A stretch of 63,841 bases of DNA, the filler included, from Chiloscyllium plagiosum (taxonomy: Eukaryota), in the NCBI RefSeq assembly GCF_004010195.1. It is 3 parts of one record of this genome, joined end to end, with 100 filler letters (N's around TTAATTAATTAA, not from the genome) between each part and the next. Parts side by side here need not be neighbours in the genome. Positions count along the whole stretch, not along the records: positions 1 to 31,419 come from NC_057712.1; positions 31,520 to 60,071 come from NC_057712.1; 1 more part is not named here. One strand, given 5' to 3'. This document shows, piece after piece, positions 24,877 to 37,500 of the stretch (positions within the stretch are counted from its first letter, which is position 1; every line of letters starts with the position of its first letter). The position numbers and the translations under genes are program-made. The notes below the pieces were generated by a model. That model saw nothing but the letters and a program-made list of their open reading frames with translations, was not told where the DNA came from and made no database searches.

Positions 24877-25081
24877 AAAGCAAATTACTGCGGATTCTGG
24901 AATCTGAAACCAAAAGAGAAAATGCTGGAAAATCTCAACAGATCTGGCAGCATCTGTAAGGAGAGAAAAGAGCTGACGTTTCGAGTCTAACTGACTCTTT
25001 GTCAAAGCTCGAAACGTCAGCTCTTTTCTCTCCTTACAGATGCTGCCAGACCAGCTGAGATTTTCCAGCATTTTCTCTTTT
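24877..25081. mobile_element. Young inverted PLE terminal-repeat pair inserted into a CR1 3' end (24500-25210) with a target-site duplication
   Basis: Near-perfect arms; flanks ggagtcaaattttat (24861-24875) and ggagtcaaattgtat (25082-25096). Confidence 0.82.
24971..25009 (-). ncRNA. Minimal hammerhead motif with U3-A8 variant core
   Basis: Reverse strand AGCU-UUGACAA-A-GAGUC-AGUUA-GACUC-GAAA-CGUC-AGCU. Confidence 0.72.
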
Positions 25082-26016
25082 GGAGTCAAATTGTATCATT
25101 GATTATCAAGAAAGTAGAGTTGAATCCACAATCAGATTATCCTTATTGAACAGTGGAATAAGCTTGAGGGGAGGAATATCCTATTTATGTGCCAAACTCA
25201 TACTTTCACATGCAATGAAAGTAAATTGGATAAAAAAAGATTGACAAAGCAGTGGAACAACATTTCACAATATTTTAAAAAAGATCAATAGAATCCGAGA
25301 GTAATTCTCCGACCATCACAAATAGATCAAAAGTCAAACAAACAAAAACGGTGAATGAATAAACTATGAATGTGTGGAATTGAAAGGAAATGCAAGGCCC
25401 AAGAACAATTACAATAAAGAAAAGTATACCAAAGTGAAACCTGACGATCTGAGGAAGGAGGTTAGGAAAGCAAAGATGAAATATACAGTGAAATATCAAA
25501 GAATATAAAAAGAAAGAAATTCTAGAGCCAGGCAGATATTACAAAGAAAATTAAACAAGTTACAGAACCATCAAAGGAAGAGCAAGGCAAACTCACAGAT
25601 GAAACAAAAATGACAGGGATACGGAACAGACACTTTCCTGTGGTCTTTACTGAAGAGGCAACCAAAGATTGACAGCCCCAAAGAAAATTGCAATAATTTA
25701 AGAGTTAAGATGGAAAGAATGTTCTGAGCAAACTGAAGGAGACAGAAATTCCAGGTCCAAATGGATTGCCCACATAGATTCTCAAAGGAATGAGAAAGGA
25801 GGTAATGAGATACAAATATCCAAGCATAAAAGCAGAGGGATTTGTTGGATTGGTGTGTGAAGCAAGAAAGAGTTTCATTCATCTAGCACTTTCCATGAGT
25901 GCTGGACCTCACAAAGTGTTTTAAAGCCAGTGCAGTATCTTTGAAAGGCACTGACTGCTGTATTGTGTGAGCCATTGTAGTCAATTTTCACGCATGGGTA
26001 TGTGGTTAGCAAGGAT

Positions 26017-26128
26017 CCCTGATGAAGGGCTTTTGCCCGAAACGCCAATTTTCCTGCTACTCGGATGCTTCCAGCACCACTCTAATCTTGACTCTAATCT
26101 CCAGCGTCTGCAGTCCTCACTTTCTCCT
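26017..26128 (+). mobile_element. Solo PLE terminal repeat with hammerhead motif mutated at the cleavage triplet (GCC)
   Basis: CUGAUGA-A-GGGC-UUUU-GCCC-GAAA-CGCC; ends cagtcctcactttctcct. Confidence 0.75.
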
Positions 26129-28859
26129 ATGTGGTAAACAGCAGATCATCTGTTTTTTTGTGATGTTGAACGAAGGATAAATTTGACCAGGATTCTAGAG
26201 ATGACTGCTTCACTCTTCTTCAAAATGATACCTTTTTGATTCACCTGATCATGTTAGACATGGCCTTGATTAAATGTGCCATCCAAAAGACAGAACTTTT
26301 GACAGTGCACCACTGTCCCAGACCGACACGGGAAGTATCAGCCTTGAATTTGTGCTGAAGCACTGGAGTGGCCCATAAACCTAGTATCTTATGATTAAGG
26401 GGTAAGAGTGTTGTCAATTGTATTACAATTGGAAAGAATCCTTCCACCTGCTAGTGGGCCCAGAAAGTTTGGTTTTGTGGTCCAGTAGAAATATCTGTAA
26501 CTGTAGACCAGAAGTTTTGTGTTCAAGTTCCCACTTCAGTATTATTACGAGCCCAACTGATGATATGACAAGTCAGATCCTAGATGATATTGGGCTTGAT
26601 AGATCATATTTTGGACTTTTAAATTTGGTTCCAGAAAGGTGATACTTCACAGAAATACAGACATGCCTAATGCTTCAAATTTGTGTTTAATAGTAAAACA
26701 GAAATTTATTACATTAAGAAAGGGAATAAAATAGTACTGTTTACTTGTTACATACAGCACAAATTTAAAGATTTCAAAGCTTATGGTAAAATGTAATCCC
26801 ATTAGTTGCAAATCCTCAGTTACAGTACTCAGAGCAAAAGGATTCCTTTCATTTTCACAGCTATAGGGCTTAATTTATCTGTGGCATCAATACCACATGT
26901 TGAGAAATGATAGCTTTCATACAAATGAGTTTAGACTTTCTTAGTTTCCCAGAAGCCCTTCTGGGTTTTAACTAAACATTTCTGGTCTGGAACTTTTGAA
27001 CAAACCTGCTTAAACTGAGGCAACTTCTAAAACAAATGATATTAAATTGCATATAAGCCTTACACCTTCCACCGCATTCATAATGTGACCAACAGCTTGG
27101 TTGCCAATCAGTGAATCCTTCTAATGCACCTGACAGTTGGCAGTTAGAGGGGGATTGTTTCCTGGTCGGCCATTGTAGAAGCTAACAACAAGCCACCACA
27201 GTAGTTTGCCATGGGCCACCATGGACTAAAATAAAAAGAAACTCATGGGTTTCTCATGAGAGAGAGAGAGAGAGAGACAAACCAAATCAATCAATGTAAG
27301 ATAGGCTCAAAGCAGATCAAACACCAAAACAAAATACAAAATTAGGAAGAGTTTCTGCACACCAAAAAATGGTCAAGATGTGAAACTTTGTATCACATGA
27401 AGTGATTGCTGCTTTTGAACAGTTCATGCATTTATGAGGGAGGAGGCAATTGGAAGCTATAAGGCTCTTTCAGGGAGAAGAGATAATTAGCGTGGGAGGA
27501 TGTTTATGCGGAGTGCAAACACTGGCATAAATCATTGGCCTGAATGGCATATGCTAGTACATTCTGGATAATGTAATTCTAGGTAATGTAATCTCTTCAA
27601 TTTAACCACCGATTTCCCCTTCACTGCCCATGATGAACAATATTTCACATGAGGCTAGTCATTTACATTTTTAATTTTTCTGAGTAAATGATTTGAAGCA
27701 TAATCAAATTAAACATTAATGAGATGGCATGTACTGTACATTTAGTGTGACAAGATTGATTTTCTTTCGGAATAAAAAAAGCCGTGGGCCACTATTAAAT
27801 TCCAAAGTGTTTTTTTTTTCACTTGAGTAACTGTAACAATAAATTATGTGCATTTTCTGTGTGTTTTGTCAAAAAGAAAAATTCAGAGCAGCAATTGCCA
27901 ATTGTAAATAGAAATCTATCTGAAAAAGGGAGTTGAGAGGAGTCTGAAAACTGCACTCACTTTTATATTTTATAAAACTTTATATTGCTGAGGCTATGTG
28001 CCTGAAAATACTGCCATATTTTGTTGAGTTTAACAGATCCTGTTTTAAGATTCGTCCAAGTTGGGTTGGATTCTGTACCCAAATAACTGAGGCTGTTCTG
28101 TGTTGTGAACAGGCTACCAGAATTAAAGGGCACTTATTTAAGACTGAGATCAGGAGGACTTTCTTCTCTCAGCGGGTTGTGAGTCCTTATCATCAAGAGC
28201 TGTAGGGGCAGAGACCTAGCTCAGAAGCCTTAGATAGATAGATCCTTGATCAAGAGGCGAATCCAGGGTTATGTGGAAAAGGCAGGAAAGTGGACGAGGA
28301 ATGTCAGATCAGCTATCATCCTATTGACCAAGCTCAAGGGGTCAAACGGGCCTGCTCCAGTTTCTGTTTGTGGTCTTCAGGACCAGATTGTCATTGTTCA
28401 CTGGAAGTTTGAAAATATGTGGTGAGCTGCCCTAAACCTTACTTGAAGTAAATCCCATTAACCCGTCACACCTGTACATGCAGATCTACTTAACCTACTG
28501 GTCTCAGTCCACTGGTATCTCTTTACTCCTCCAATTCTGACTCTAGTCGATACCCTTTACCCTAGGCCCATCATTAGTGACCATACCTTCAACTGCAGAG
28601 GACTAAACTCTCCATCTCTTATACTAGTATCTCCCCATGTAGTGTTCAGTTTTGTTTCATTGCAGGTCTTGTGATTGATCTTGTTTTATTTTCCCTGTTG
28701 AAGGTGCTATATGAATGCACATTGCCGCTGAAGTGGTTTGCGACTTTCAGCAAAGTCAGCAGATAGTGGCAAAGTATTTCTCATGACGACATTAATAGCA
28801 ATCGTTATTCTCCATCTTTCTCTCAGGATATGGACATGACTGGTGAAACCAGCATTTGT

Positions 28860-29780
28860 TGTGGGAGAGGCAATGTATGAGGGGAGAGAGGGGAATTGGG
28901 GTGAAGAGACAATCGGCGAGGGGTGGTGTGCGTAGTTTGGGACGTAGAGAGAATAGGAAGGAAGGGCATTGGGAGGAAGACAGAATCAAGGGGAGGGGAG
29001 ATTACAAGACAAACCAAATCAAGAGGAGGCAGGAGGAAATCAGACGAGTAGGAGGGGATTGGGAGGTAGAGTGAATCAGAAGGAGAAGGGGATCAAGATT
29101 AGAGGGAATTAGGATGAAAGTGGAGATTGGGAGGTAGAGGCTGTCAGGAGGAGAGGGACATTCAGGAGATAGAGGGTGTCAGGAGGAGAGGGGCATCAGG
29201 AGGCAGAGGGTATGAGGAGGAGAGGGGCATCAGGAGGCAGAGGATGTTAGGAGGTAGAGTGTGTCAGGAGGTTGAGGGTGTCAGGAGGTAGAGGGTGTCA
29301 GGAAGTTGAGGGTGTCAGGAGGCAGAGGGGTGTCAGGAGGCAGAGGGGCATCAGGAGGCAGACAGTGTTAGAAGGTAGACGGTGTCAGGAGGAAGCTGAA
29401 TTGGAAGAGAGTTTCAGAAATGAAGAGACATCAGGAGGGTGTGGAATTGGGATAAGAGGCAGTAAGACCAGAAAAGAGACGAGGAGAAGAGAGGATTGAG
29501 AGGAAGGAGGATCAGGAGGGAGGAGATATGAAGAAGAGATGGGATAAAGAGGGTTGGGATTGAGCAAGAATCAGGCAACAAAGGGGAGAATCAGGAATGA
29601 GAGGGTTGAATACAAATGGGATCGGGAATGAGGAAGATCAGGAATCAGAATAGTCTGGAATGACGATTGTCCAGAACAAGGAAGTTGGGAATGAATGAAC
29701 TGAGAATGAGGTGAAATAGAGAATGAGATGTGAATGGATAACCCAGAGAGAGGAAAGAGGAATGTGATTGGGATGGGGTC
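28860..29780 (+). repeat. Purine-rich low-complexity tract containing a 17-18 bp minisatellite (29140-29392, unit about TCAGGAGGYAGAGGGTG)
   Basis: About 14 visible units. Confidence 0.8.
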
Positions 29781-29799
29781 AAACAGATCTTCTCCTATG

Positions 29800-31045
29800 C
29801 CACCATGGACATTTGCTGGATATTTGATAGAGAAGTGCACAGCGCTGGTTAATGGGATTTCTGCCTCAATCCCGTGAAGTTATGGGGTTGGAGCAGGAAC
29901 AGCTTGAATAAAATCTCCAACCAATTAACATGAAGTGCTTTCCAATAGAGCAATATTGTGATAAAGAATAGAGAATAGTAAGGTAATAGTTGGGGTTAGC
30001 ATTAGGGAGGCTGCAATGAAGTTTGAATCAGGATTACTGTGCATGTATTCCAATGTACAGAGATTGAGATAAATAAAATTGGAGAATTACAGACACAGAT
30101 TGACATGTGGAAGTATAATGCTGTGAGGATAGCAGAGACCAGGCTCAAGGAGTGGAGAGGTTGGATGTTAAATATTCCTGGAAACACAATGATCAGGAAA
30201 AGATAGACAAGAATAAAAAAGGGTATGTTGTGACGTATCGGTGAAAAAGAGCATTGCAGTGCTGGAGAAAGAGAATGTCCCAGAGGAGTCAACGTCAGAA
30301 CACATTTGCCTAGAGCTAAAGAATAAAAGCAGACACAGCTACATTGCTCAGTGCAACTTCAAGACCATCAATTCGGTGGGGAGGCTGATGAATTGCAAGG
30401 AAAATTGCAGGAAGGTGCAGAATTATAGCATTATAATGAGGGAGAACAATTGATTGACTGTAGACTTGGATAGTAGTTGTGTAAAGGGGCAAGAATTCAT
30501 AGAGACTATTCAGAAGAATTGATATGTTTTCACTCCAAAGAGAAATGAGGTACTGCTCCACCTGATTCTCAAGAATGAGAACAGAATAAGATTAGATTCC
30601 GTACAGTATGGAAACAGGTCCTTTGGCTCAACAAGTCCACACCAACCTTCCGAAGAGTAACCCACCCAGACCCATTTCCCTCTGATTAACGTACCTAACA
30701 CTATGGGCAATTTAGCATGGCCAATTTACCTGACTTGCTCATCTTCAGACTGTGGGAGGAAACCCACACAGACACGGGGAGAATGTGCAAACTCCACACA
30801 GACAGTCACCCGAGGCATGGAATTGAACCCGGGTCCCTGGTGCTGTGAGGCAGCAGTGCTAACCACTGAGTCACCATGGGAGACCATTTGGCCGGTAATG
30901 ACTGCTGAACATAAGGTCAGTACAACGATCAAAAAGAATAAAAAAGCATCCAGAGTACGAGCCCTTAATTGTGGAAATTCCAACTTCAATGGGTAAAGGT
31001 CAGATCTGGGTCAAAAAGGTTGAAGTCATAAGCTGTCCAGAAGAA
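29800..31045 (+). mobile_element. Degenerate CR1 5'/endonuclease region with nested HE1 SINE (30589-30878, -)
   Basis: APE-like remnants (gatagcagagacc, ttaaatattcctgga, ELKNK); the SINE has head and tail motifs. Confidence 0.65.
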
Positions 31046-31046
31046 T

Positions 31047-31414
31047 AGTTAAAAATCACACAACACCAGGTTATAGTCTAACAGGTTTAATTGGAAGCAT
31101 ACTAGCTTTCGGAGCGATGCTCCTTCATCAGGTGATTGCGGAGGGCTCGTTCGTAACACAGAATTTATAGCAAAAATTTGCAGTGTGATGTAACTGAAAT
31201 TATACATTGAAAAATTGATTGTCTGTTAAGCCTTTCATCTGTTAGAATACAGTGATAGTTTCACTTCTTTACATCACACTGCAAATTTTTGCTATAAATC
31301 TGTGTTACGATCGAGCCCTCCACAATCACCTGATGAAGGAGCGTCGCTCCAAAAGCTAGTGTGCTTCCAATTAAACCTGTTGGACTATAACCTGGTGTTG
31401 TGTGATTTTTAACT
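31047..31414. mobile_element. Fold-back element: two ~146-bp PLE terminal repeats in inverted orientation, each with a hammerhead motif (- strand 31100-31134; + strand 31327-31361)
   Basis: 31047-31193 is the reverse complement of 31269-31414. Motif CAC-CUGAUGA-A-GGAGC-AUC-GCUCC-GAAA-GCUA-GU. Confidence 0.85.
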
Positions 31415-31419
31415 TTGCA

Positions 31420-31519
31420 NNNNNNNNNNNNNNNNNNNNNNNNNNNNNNNNNNNNNNNNNNNNTTAATTAATTAANNNNNNNNNNNNNNNNNNNNNNNNN
31501 NNNNNNNNNNNNNNNNNNN
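31420..31519. other. Assembly gap with artificial six-frame-stop spacer
   Basis: N44-TTAATTAATTAA-N44 = 100 nt. Confidence 0.95.
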
Positions 31520-34500
31520 CTTGGCTCCAGTCTGCACCGGGACTTGGCTCCAGTCAACACAGGGACTTGGCTCCAGTCTGCAACGGGACTTGGCTCCAGT
31601 CTGCACCAGGACATGGCTCCAGTCTGCACCGGGACTTGGCTCCAGTCCGCGCCGGGACTTGACTCCAGTCTGCACCGAGACTTGGCTCCAGTTAACACCG
31701 GGACTTGGCTCCAGTCTGCACCGGGACTTGGTTCCAGTCCGCACCGGGACTTGGTTCCAGTCTGCACCGGGACTTGGCTCCATTCCGCACCGGGACTTGG
31801 CTCCAGTCCGCACCGGGACTTGGTTCCAGTCTGCACCGGGACTTGGGTCCAGTCCGCACCGGGACTTGGCTCCAGTCTGCACTGGGACTTGGTTCCTGTC
31901 TGCACCGGGACTTTGCTCCTGTCTGCACCGGGACATGGCTACAGTCAGAACCGGGTCTGGGCTCCAATCTGCACCGGGACTTTGTTCCAGTCTGCACCGG
32001 GACTTGGTTCCAGTCTGAACCAGGACTTGGCTCCATTCCGCACTGGGACTTGACTTCAGTCAAAACTGGGACTTGGCTCCAGTCTGGACCGCGACTTGGC
32101 TCCAGTCTGCACCAGGACTTGGCTCCAGTCTGCACCGGGACTTGGTTCCAGTCTAAACCGGGACTTGGCTCCAGTCTGAACCGGGACTTAGTTCCAGTCT
32201 GCACCGGGACTTGGCTCCAGTCTGAACCGGGACTTCGCTCCAATCTGCACCTGGACTTGCCTCCAGTCTGCACCAGGACACGGCTACAGTCTGCACCGGG
32301 ACTTGGCTCCAATCTACACTGGGACTTGGCTCCAATCTGCACCGGGACTTGGCTCCATTCCGCACCGGGACACGGCTCCAGTCTGCACCAGGGCATGGCT
32401 ACAGTCAGAACCGGGTCTTGGCTCCAGTCTGCACCGGGACTTGGTTACAGTCGGAACCGGGACTTGGCTCCATTCCGTACTGGGACCTGGCCCCAGTCTG
32501 CACCAGGACATGGCTCCAGTCTGCACCGGGACTTGGCTCCAGTCTGCACCGGGACTTGGCTCCAGTCAACACCGCGACTTGGCTCCAGTCTGCACCGGGA
32601 CTTGGCTCCAGTCAACACCGCGACTTGGCTCCAGTCTGCACCGGGACCTGGCTCCAGTCAGCACCGGGACTTGGCTCCAGTCTGCACCGGGACTTGGCTC
32701 CAGTCAACACCGGACGTGGCTCCAGTCTGCAGCGGGACTTGGCTCCATTCCGCACCAGGACATGGCTCCAGTCTGCACAGGGACTTGGTTCCAGTCTGAA
32801 CCTGGACTTGGCTGCAGTCAACACTGGGACTTGGCTCCAGTCTGCACCGGGACTAAGCTCCAGTCAACACTGGGACTTGGCTCCAGTCTGCACCGGAACT
32901 TGTCTCCAGTCTGCACCGGGACTTCTTTGCAGTCAACACCGGGACTTGGCTCCTGTCTGCACCGGGACTTGGCTCCAGTCAACACCGCGACTTGGCTCCA
33001 GTCTGCACCGGGACTTGGCTCCAGTCAACACCGGGACTTGGCTCCCGTCTGCACCGGGACTTGGCTCCAGTCAAAACCGGGCCTTGGCTCCAGTCTGCAC
33101 CGGGACTTGGCTCCAGTCTGCACCTGGACTTGACTCCAGTCTGCACCGGGACTTGGATCCAGTCTGCACCGGGACTTGGTTCCAGTGTGCACCGGGACTT
33201 GGTTCCAGTCTGCACCGGGACTTGGTTCCAGTCAACACTGGGACATGGCTCCATTCCGCACCTGGTCTTGGCTCCATTCCAAACGGGACTTGGCTCCAGT
33301 CTGCATCGGGTCTTTGCTCCAGACCGCACCAGGACATGGCTCCAGTCTGCACCAGGACATGGCTCCAGTCTGCACCTGGACTTGGCTCCAGTCCGCACCG
33401 CGACTTGGCTCCAGTCTGCACCGGGACTTGGCTCCAGTCAAAACTGGATCTTGGCTCCAGTCCGCACCGAGTCTTGGTTCCAGTCCGCACCGGGACTTGG
33501 CTCCCGTCTGCATCGGGTCTTTCCTCCAGACCGCACCAGGACATGGCTATTGTCTGCAACAAGACTTGACTCCAGTCTGCACCGGGACTTGGCTCCAGTC
33601 TGCACCGGGACTTGGCTCCAGTCAACACAGGGACTTGGCTCCAGTCTGCACCGTGACTTGGCTCCAGTCTGCACCACGACATGGCTCCAGTCTGCACCGG
33701 GACTTGGCTCCAGTCCGCACCGGGACTTGACTCCAGTCTGCACCAAGACTTGGCTCCAGTTAACACCGGGACTTGGCTCCAGTCTGCACCGGGACTTGGT
33801 TCCAGTCCGCAGCGGTACTTGGCTCCAGTCAAAACTGGGTCTTGGCTCCAGTCTGCACCGGGACTTGGCTCCAGTCCGCACCGAGACTTGGTTCCAGTCT
33901 GCACCGGGACTTGGCTCCCGTCTGCATCGGGTCTTTGCTCCAGACCGCACCAGGACATGGCTATTGTCTGCACCAAGACTTGGTTCCAGTCCGCATTGGG
34001 ACTTGGCTCCAGACCGCACCAGGACATGGCTATAGTCTGCACGGGGACCTGGCTCCAGTCTGCACCGGGACTTGGCTCCAGTCCGCACCGGGACTTGGCT
34101 CCAGTCCGCACCGGGACTCCGGGACTTGGCTCCAGTCTGCACCGGGACTTGGCTCCTGTCTGCACCGGGACTTGGCTCCAGTCTGAACCAGGACTTGGCT
34201 CCAGTCCACACCAGGACTTGGCTCCAGTCCGCACCGGGACTTGGCTCCTGTCTGCACCGGGACCTGGCTCCAGTCTGCATCAGGTCTTTGCTCCAGACAG
34301 CACCAGGACATGGCTATAGTCTGCACCGAGACTTGGTTCCAGTCTGCACCGGGACTTGGCTCCAGTCTGCACCAGGACTTGGCTCCGGTCTGCACCGGGA
34401 CTTGGCTCCGGTCTGCACCGGGACTTGGCTCCAGTCTGAACCGGGACTTGGCTCCAGTCCGCACCGCGACTTGGCTCCAGTCCACACCGGGACTTGGCTC

Positions 34501-37500
34501 CAGTCTGCACCGGGACTTAGCTCCGGTCTGCACCGGTACTTGGTTCCACTCCGCACAGGGACTTGGCTCCTGTCTGCACCGGGACTTGGTTCCACTCCGC
34601 ACTGGGACTTGGTCCCTGTCTGCACCGGGACTTGGCTCCAGTCCGCACCGGGACTTGGCTCCAGTCCGCACCGGGACTTGGCTCCAGTCTGCACCGGGAC
34701 TTGGCTCCATTCCGCACCGGGACTTGGCTCCAGTGCGCACCGGGACTTGGCTCCAGACCGCACCGGGACTTGGCTCCAGTCTGCACCGGGACTTGGTTCC
34801 AGTCTGCATCGGGACTTGGCTCCAGTCCGCACCGGGACTTGGTCCCAGTCTGCACCGGAACTTGGCTCCAGTCCGCACCGGGACGGTTCCAGTCTGCACC
34901 GGGACTTGGCTCCAGTCCGCACCGGGACTTTGCTCCAGTCTGCACCGGGACTTGGCTCCAGTCTGCACCGGGACTTGGCTCCATTCCGCACCGGGACTTG
35001 GCTCCAGTCGGAACCGGGACTTGGTTCCAGTCCGCATCGGGACTTGGCTCCAGTCCGCACCGAGACTTGGCTCCAGTCCGCACCGGGACTTGGCTCCAGT
35101 CGGAACCGGGACTTGGTTCCTGTCTGCACCAGGACTTTGCTCCTGTCTGCACCAGGACATGGCTACAGTCAGAACCGGGTCTGGGCTCCAATCTGCACCG
35201 GGACTTTGTTCCAGTCTGCACCGGGACTTGGTTCCAGTCTGNNNNNNNNNNNNNNNNNNNNNNNNNNNNNNNNNNNNNNNNNNNNNNNNNNNGTCTGAAC
35301 CGGGACTTAGTTCCAGTCTGCACCGGGACTTGGCTCCAGTCTGCACCGGGACTTGGTTCCAGTCGGAACTGGGACTTGGCTCCATTCCGCACTGGGACCT
35401 GGCCCCAGTCTGCACCAGGACATGGCTCCAGTCCGCACCGGGACTTGGCTCCAGTCTGCACCGGGACTTGCCTCCAGTCTGCATCAGGACATGGCTACAG
35501 TCTGCACCGGGACTTGGCTCCAATCTGCACCGGGACTTGGCTCCAATCTGCACCGGGACTTGGCTCCATTCCGCACCAGGACATGGCTCCAGTCTGCACC
35601 AGGGCATGGCTACAGTCAGAACCGAGTCTTGGCTCCAATCTGTACCGGGACTTGGTTCCAGTCTGCACCGGGACTTGCTTCCAGTCGGAACCGGGACTTG
35701 GCTCCATTCCGCACTGGGACCTGGCCCCAGTCTGCACCAGGACATGGCTCCAGTCCGCACCGGGACTTGGCTCCAGTCTGCACCGTGATCTGGTTCCTGT
35801 CTGCACCGGGACTTTGCTCCTGTCTGCACCAGGACATGGTTACAGTCAGAACCGGATCTGGGCTCCAATCTGCACCGGGACTTGGTTCCAGTCTGCACCG
35901 GGACTTGGTTCCAGTCGGAACCGGGACTTGGCTCAATTCCGCACTGGGACCTGGCCCCATCTGCACCAGGACATGGCTACAGTCTGCACCGGGACTTGGT
36001 TCCAGTCAACACCGGGACTTGGCTCCAGTCCGCACCGGGTCTTGGCTCCAGTCAACACCGCGACTTGGCTCCAGTCTGCACCGGGACTTGGCTCCAGTCA
36101 ACACTGCGACTTGGCTCCAGTCTGCACCGGGACTTGGTTCCAGTCAACACCGGGACTTGGCTCCAGTCCGCACCAGGACATGGCTCCAGTCTGCACCGGG
36201 ACTTGGCTCCAGTCCGCACCAGGACATGGCTCCAGTCTGCACCAGGACTTGGCTCCAGTCCGCACCAGGACATGGCTCCAGTCTGCACCGGGACTTGGTT
36301 CCAGTCTGAACTGGGACTTGGCTCCAGTCAACACCGGGACTTGGCTGCAGTCTGCACCGGGACTTGGCTCCAGTCAACACCGGGACTTGGCTCCAGTCAA
36401 CACCGGGACTTGGCTCCAGTCAACACCGGGACTTGGCTCCAGTCAACACCGGGACTTGGCTCCAGTCAACACCGGGACTTGGCTCCAGTCAACACCGGGA
36501 CTTGGCTCCAGTCAACACCGGGACTTGGCTCCAGTCAACACCGGGACTTGGCTCCAGTCAACACCGGGACTTGGCTCCAGTCAACACCGGGACTTGGCTC
36601 CAGTCAACACCGGGACTTGGCTCCAGTCAACACCGGGACTTGGCTCCAGTCAACACCGGGACTTGGCTCCAGTCAACACCGGGACTTGGCTCCAGTCAAC
36701 ACCGGGACTTGGCTCCAGTCAACACCGGGACTTGGCTCCAGTCAACACCGGGACTTGGCTCTAGTCCGCACCGGGACTTGGCTCCAGTCAACACCGGGAC
36801 GTGGCTCCAGTCCGCAGCGGGACTTGGCTCCATTGCGCACCAGGACATGGCTCCAGTCTGCACCGGGACTTGGTTCCAGTCTGAACCGGGACTTGGCTCC
36901 AGTCAACACTGGGACTTGCCCAGTCTGCACCGGGATTTGGCTCCAGTCAACACCGGGACTTGGCTCCAGTCTGCACCGGGACTTGGCTCCAGTCTGCACC
37001 GGGACTTCGTTGCAGTCAACACCGGGACTTGGCTCCTGTCTGCACCGGGATTTGGCTCCAGTCAACACCGGGACTTGGCTCCAGTCTGCACCGGGACTTG
37101 GTTCCAGTCAACACCGGGACTTGGCTCCAGTATGCACCGGGACATGGGTCCAGTCTGCCCCGGGACTTGGTTCCAGTCAACAACGGGACTTGGCTCCAGT
37201 CTGCATCGGGTCTTTGCTCCAGACCGCACCAGGACATGGCTCCAGTCTGCACCAGGACATGGCTCCAGTCTGCACCGGGACTTGGCTCCAGTCAAAACCG
37301 GGCCTTGGCTCCAGTCTGCACCGGGACTTGACTCCAGTCTGCACCGGGACTTGGATCCAGTCTGCACGGGGACTTGGTTCCAGTCTGCACCGGGACTTGG
37401 TTCCAGTCTGCACCGGGACTTGGTTCCAGTCTGCACCGGGACATGGCTCCATTCCGCACCTGGCCTTGGCTCCATTCCACAACGGGACTTGGCTCCAGTC

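Noticed and set aside
31047..31414. DNA transposon / MITE with terminal inverted repeats
   Set aside because: The arms carry a hammerhead motif and match the PLE terminal-repeat architecture seen elsewhere in the window; no DNA-transposon end signature was recognised.
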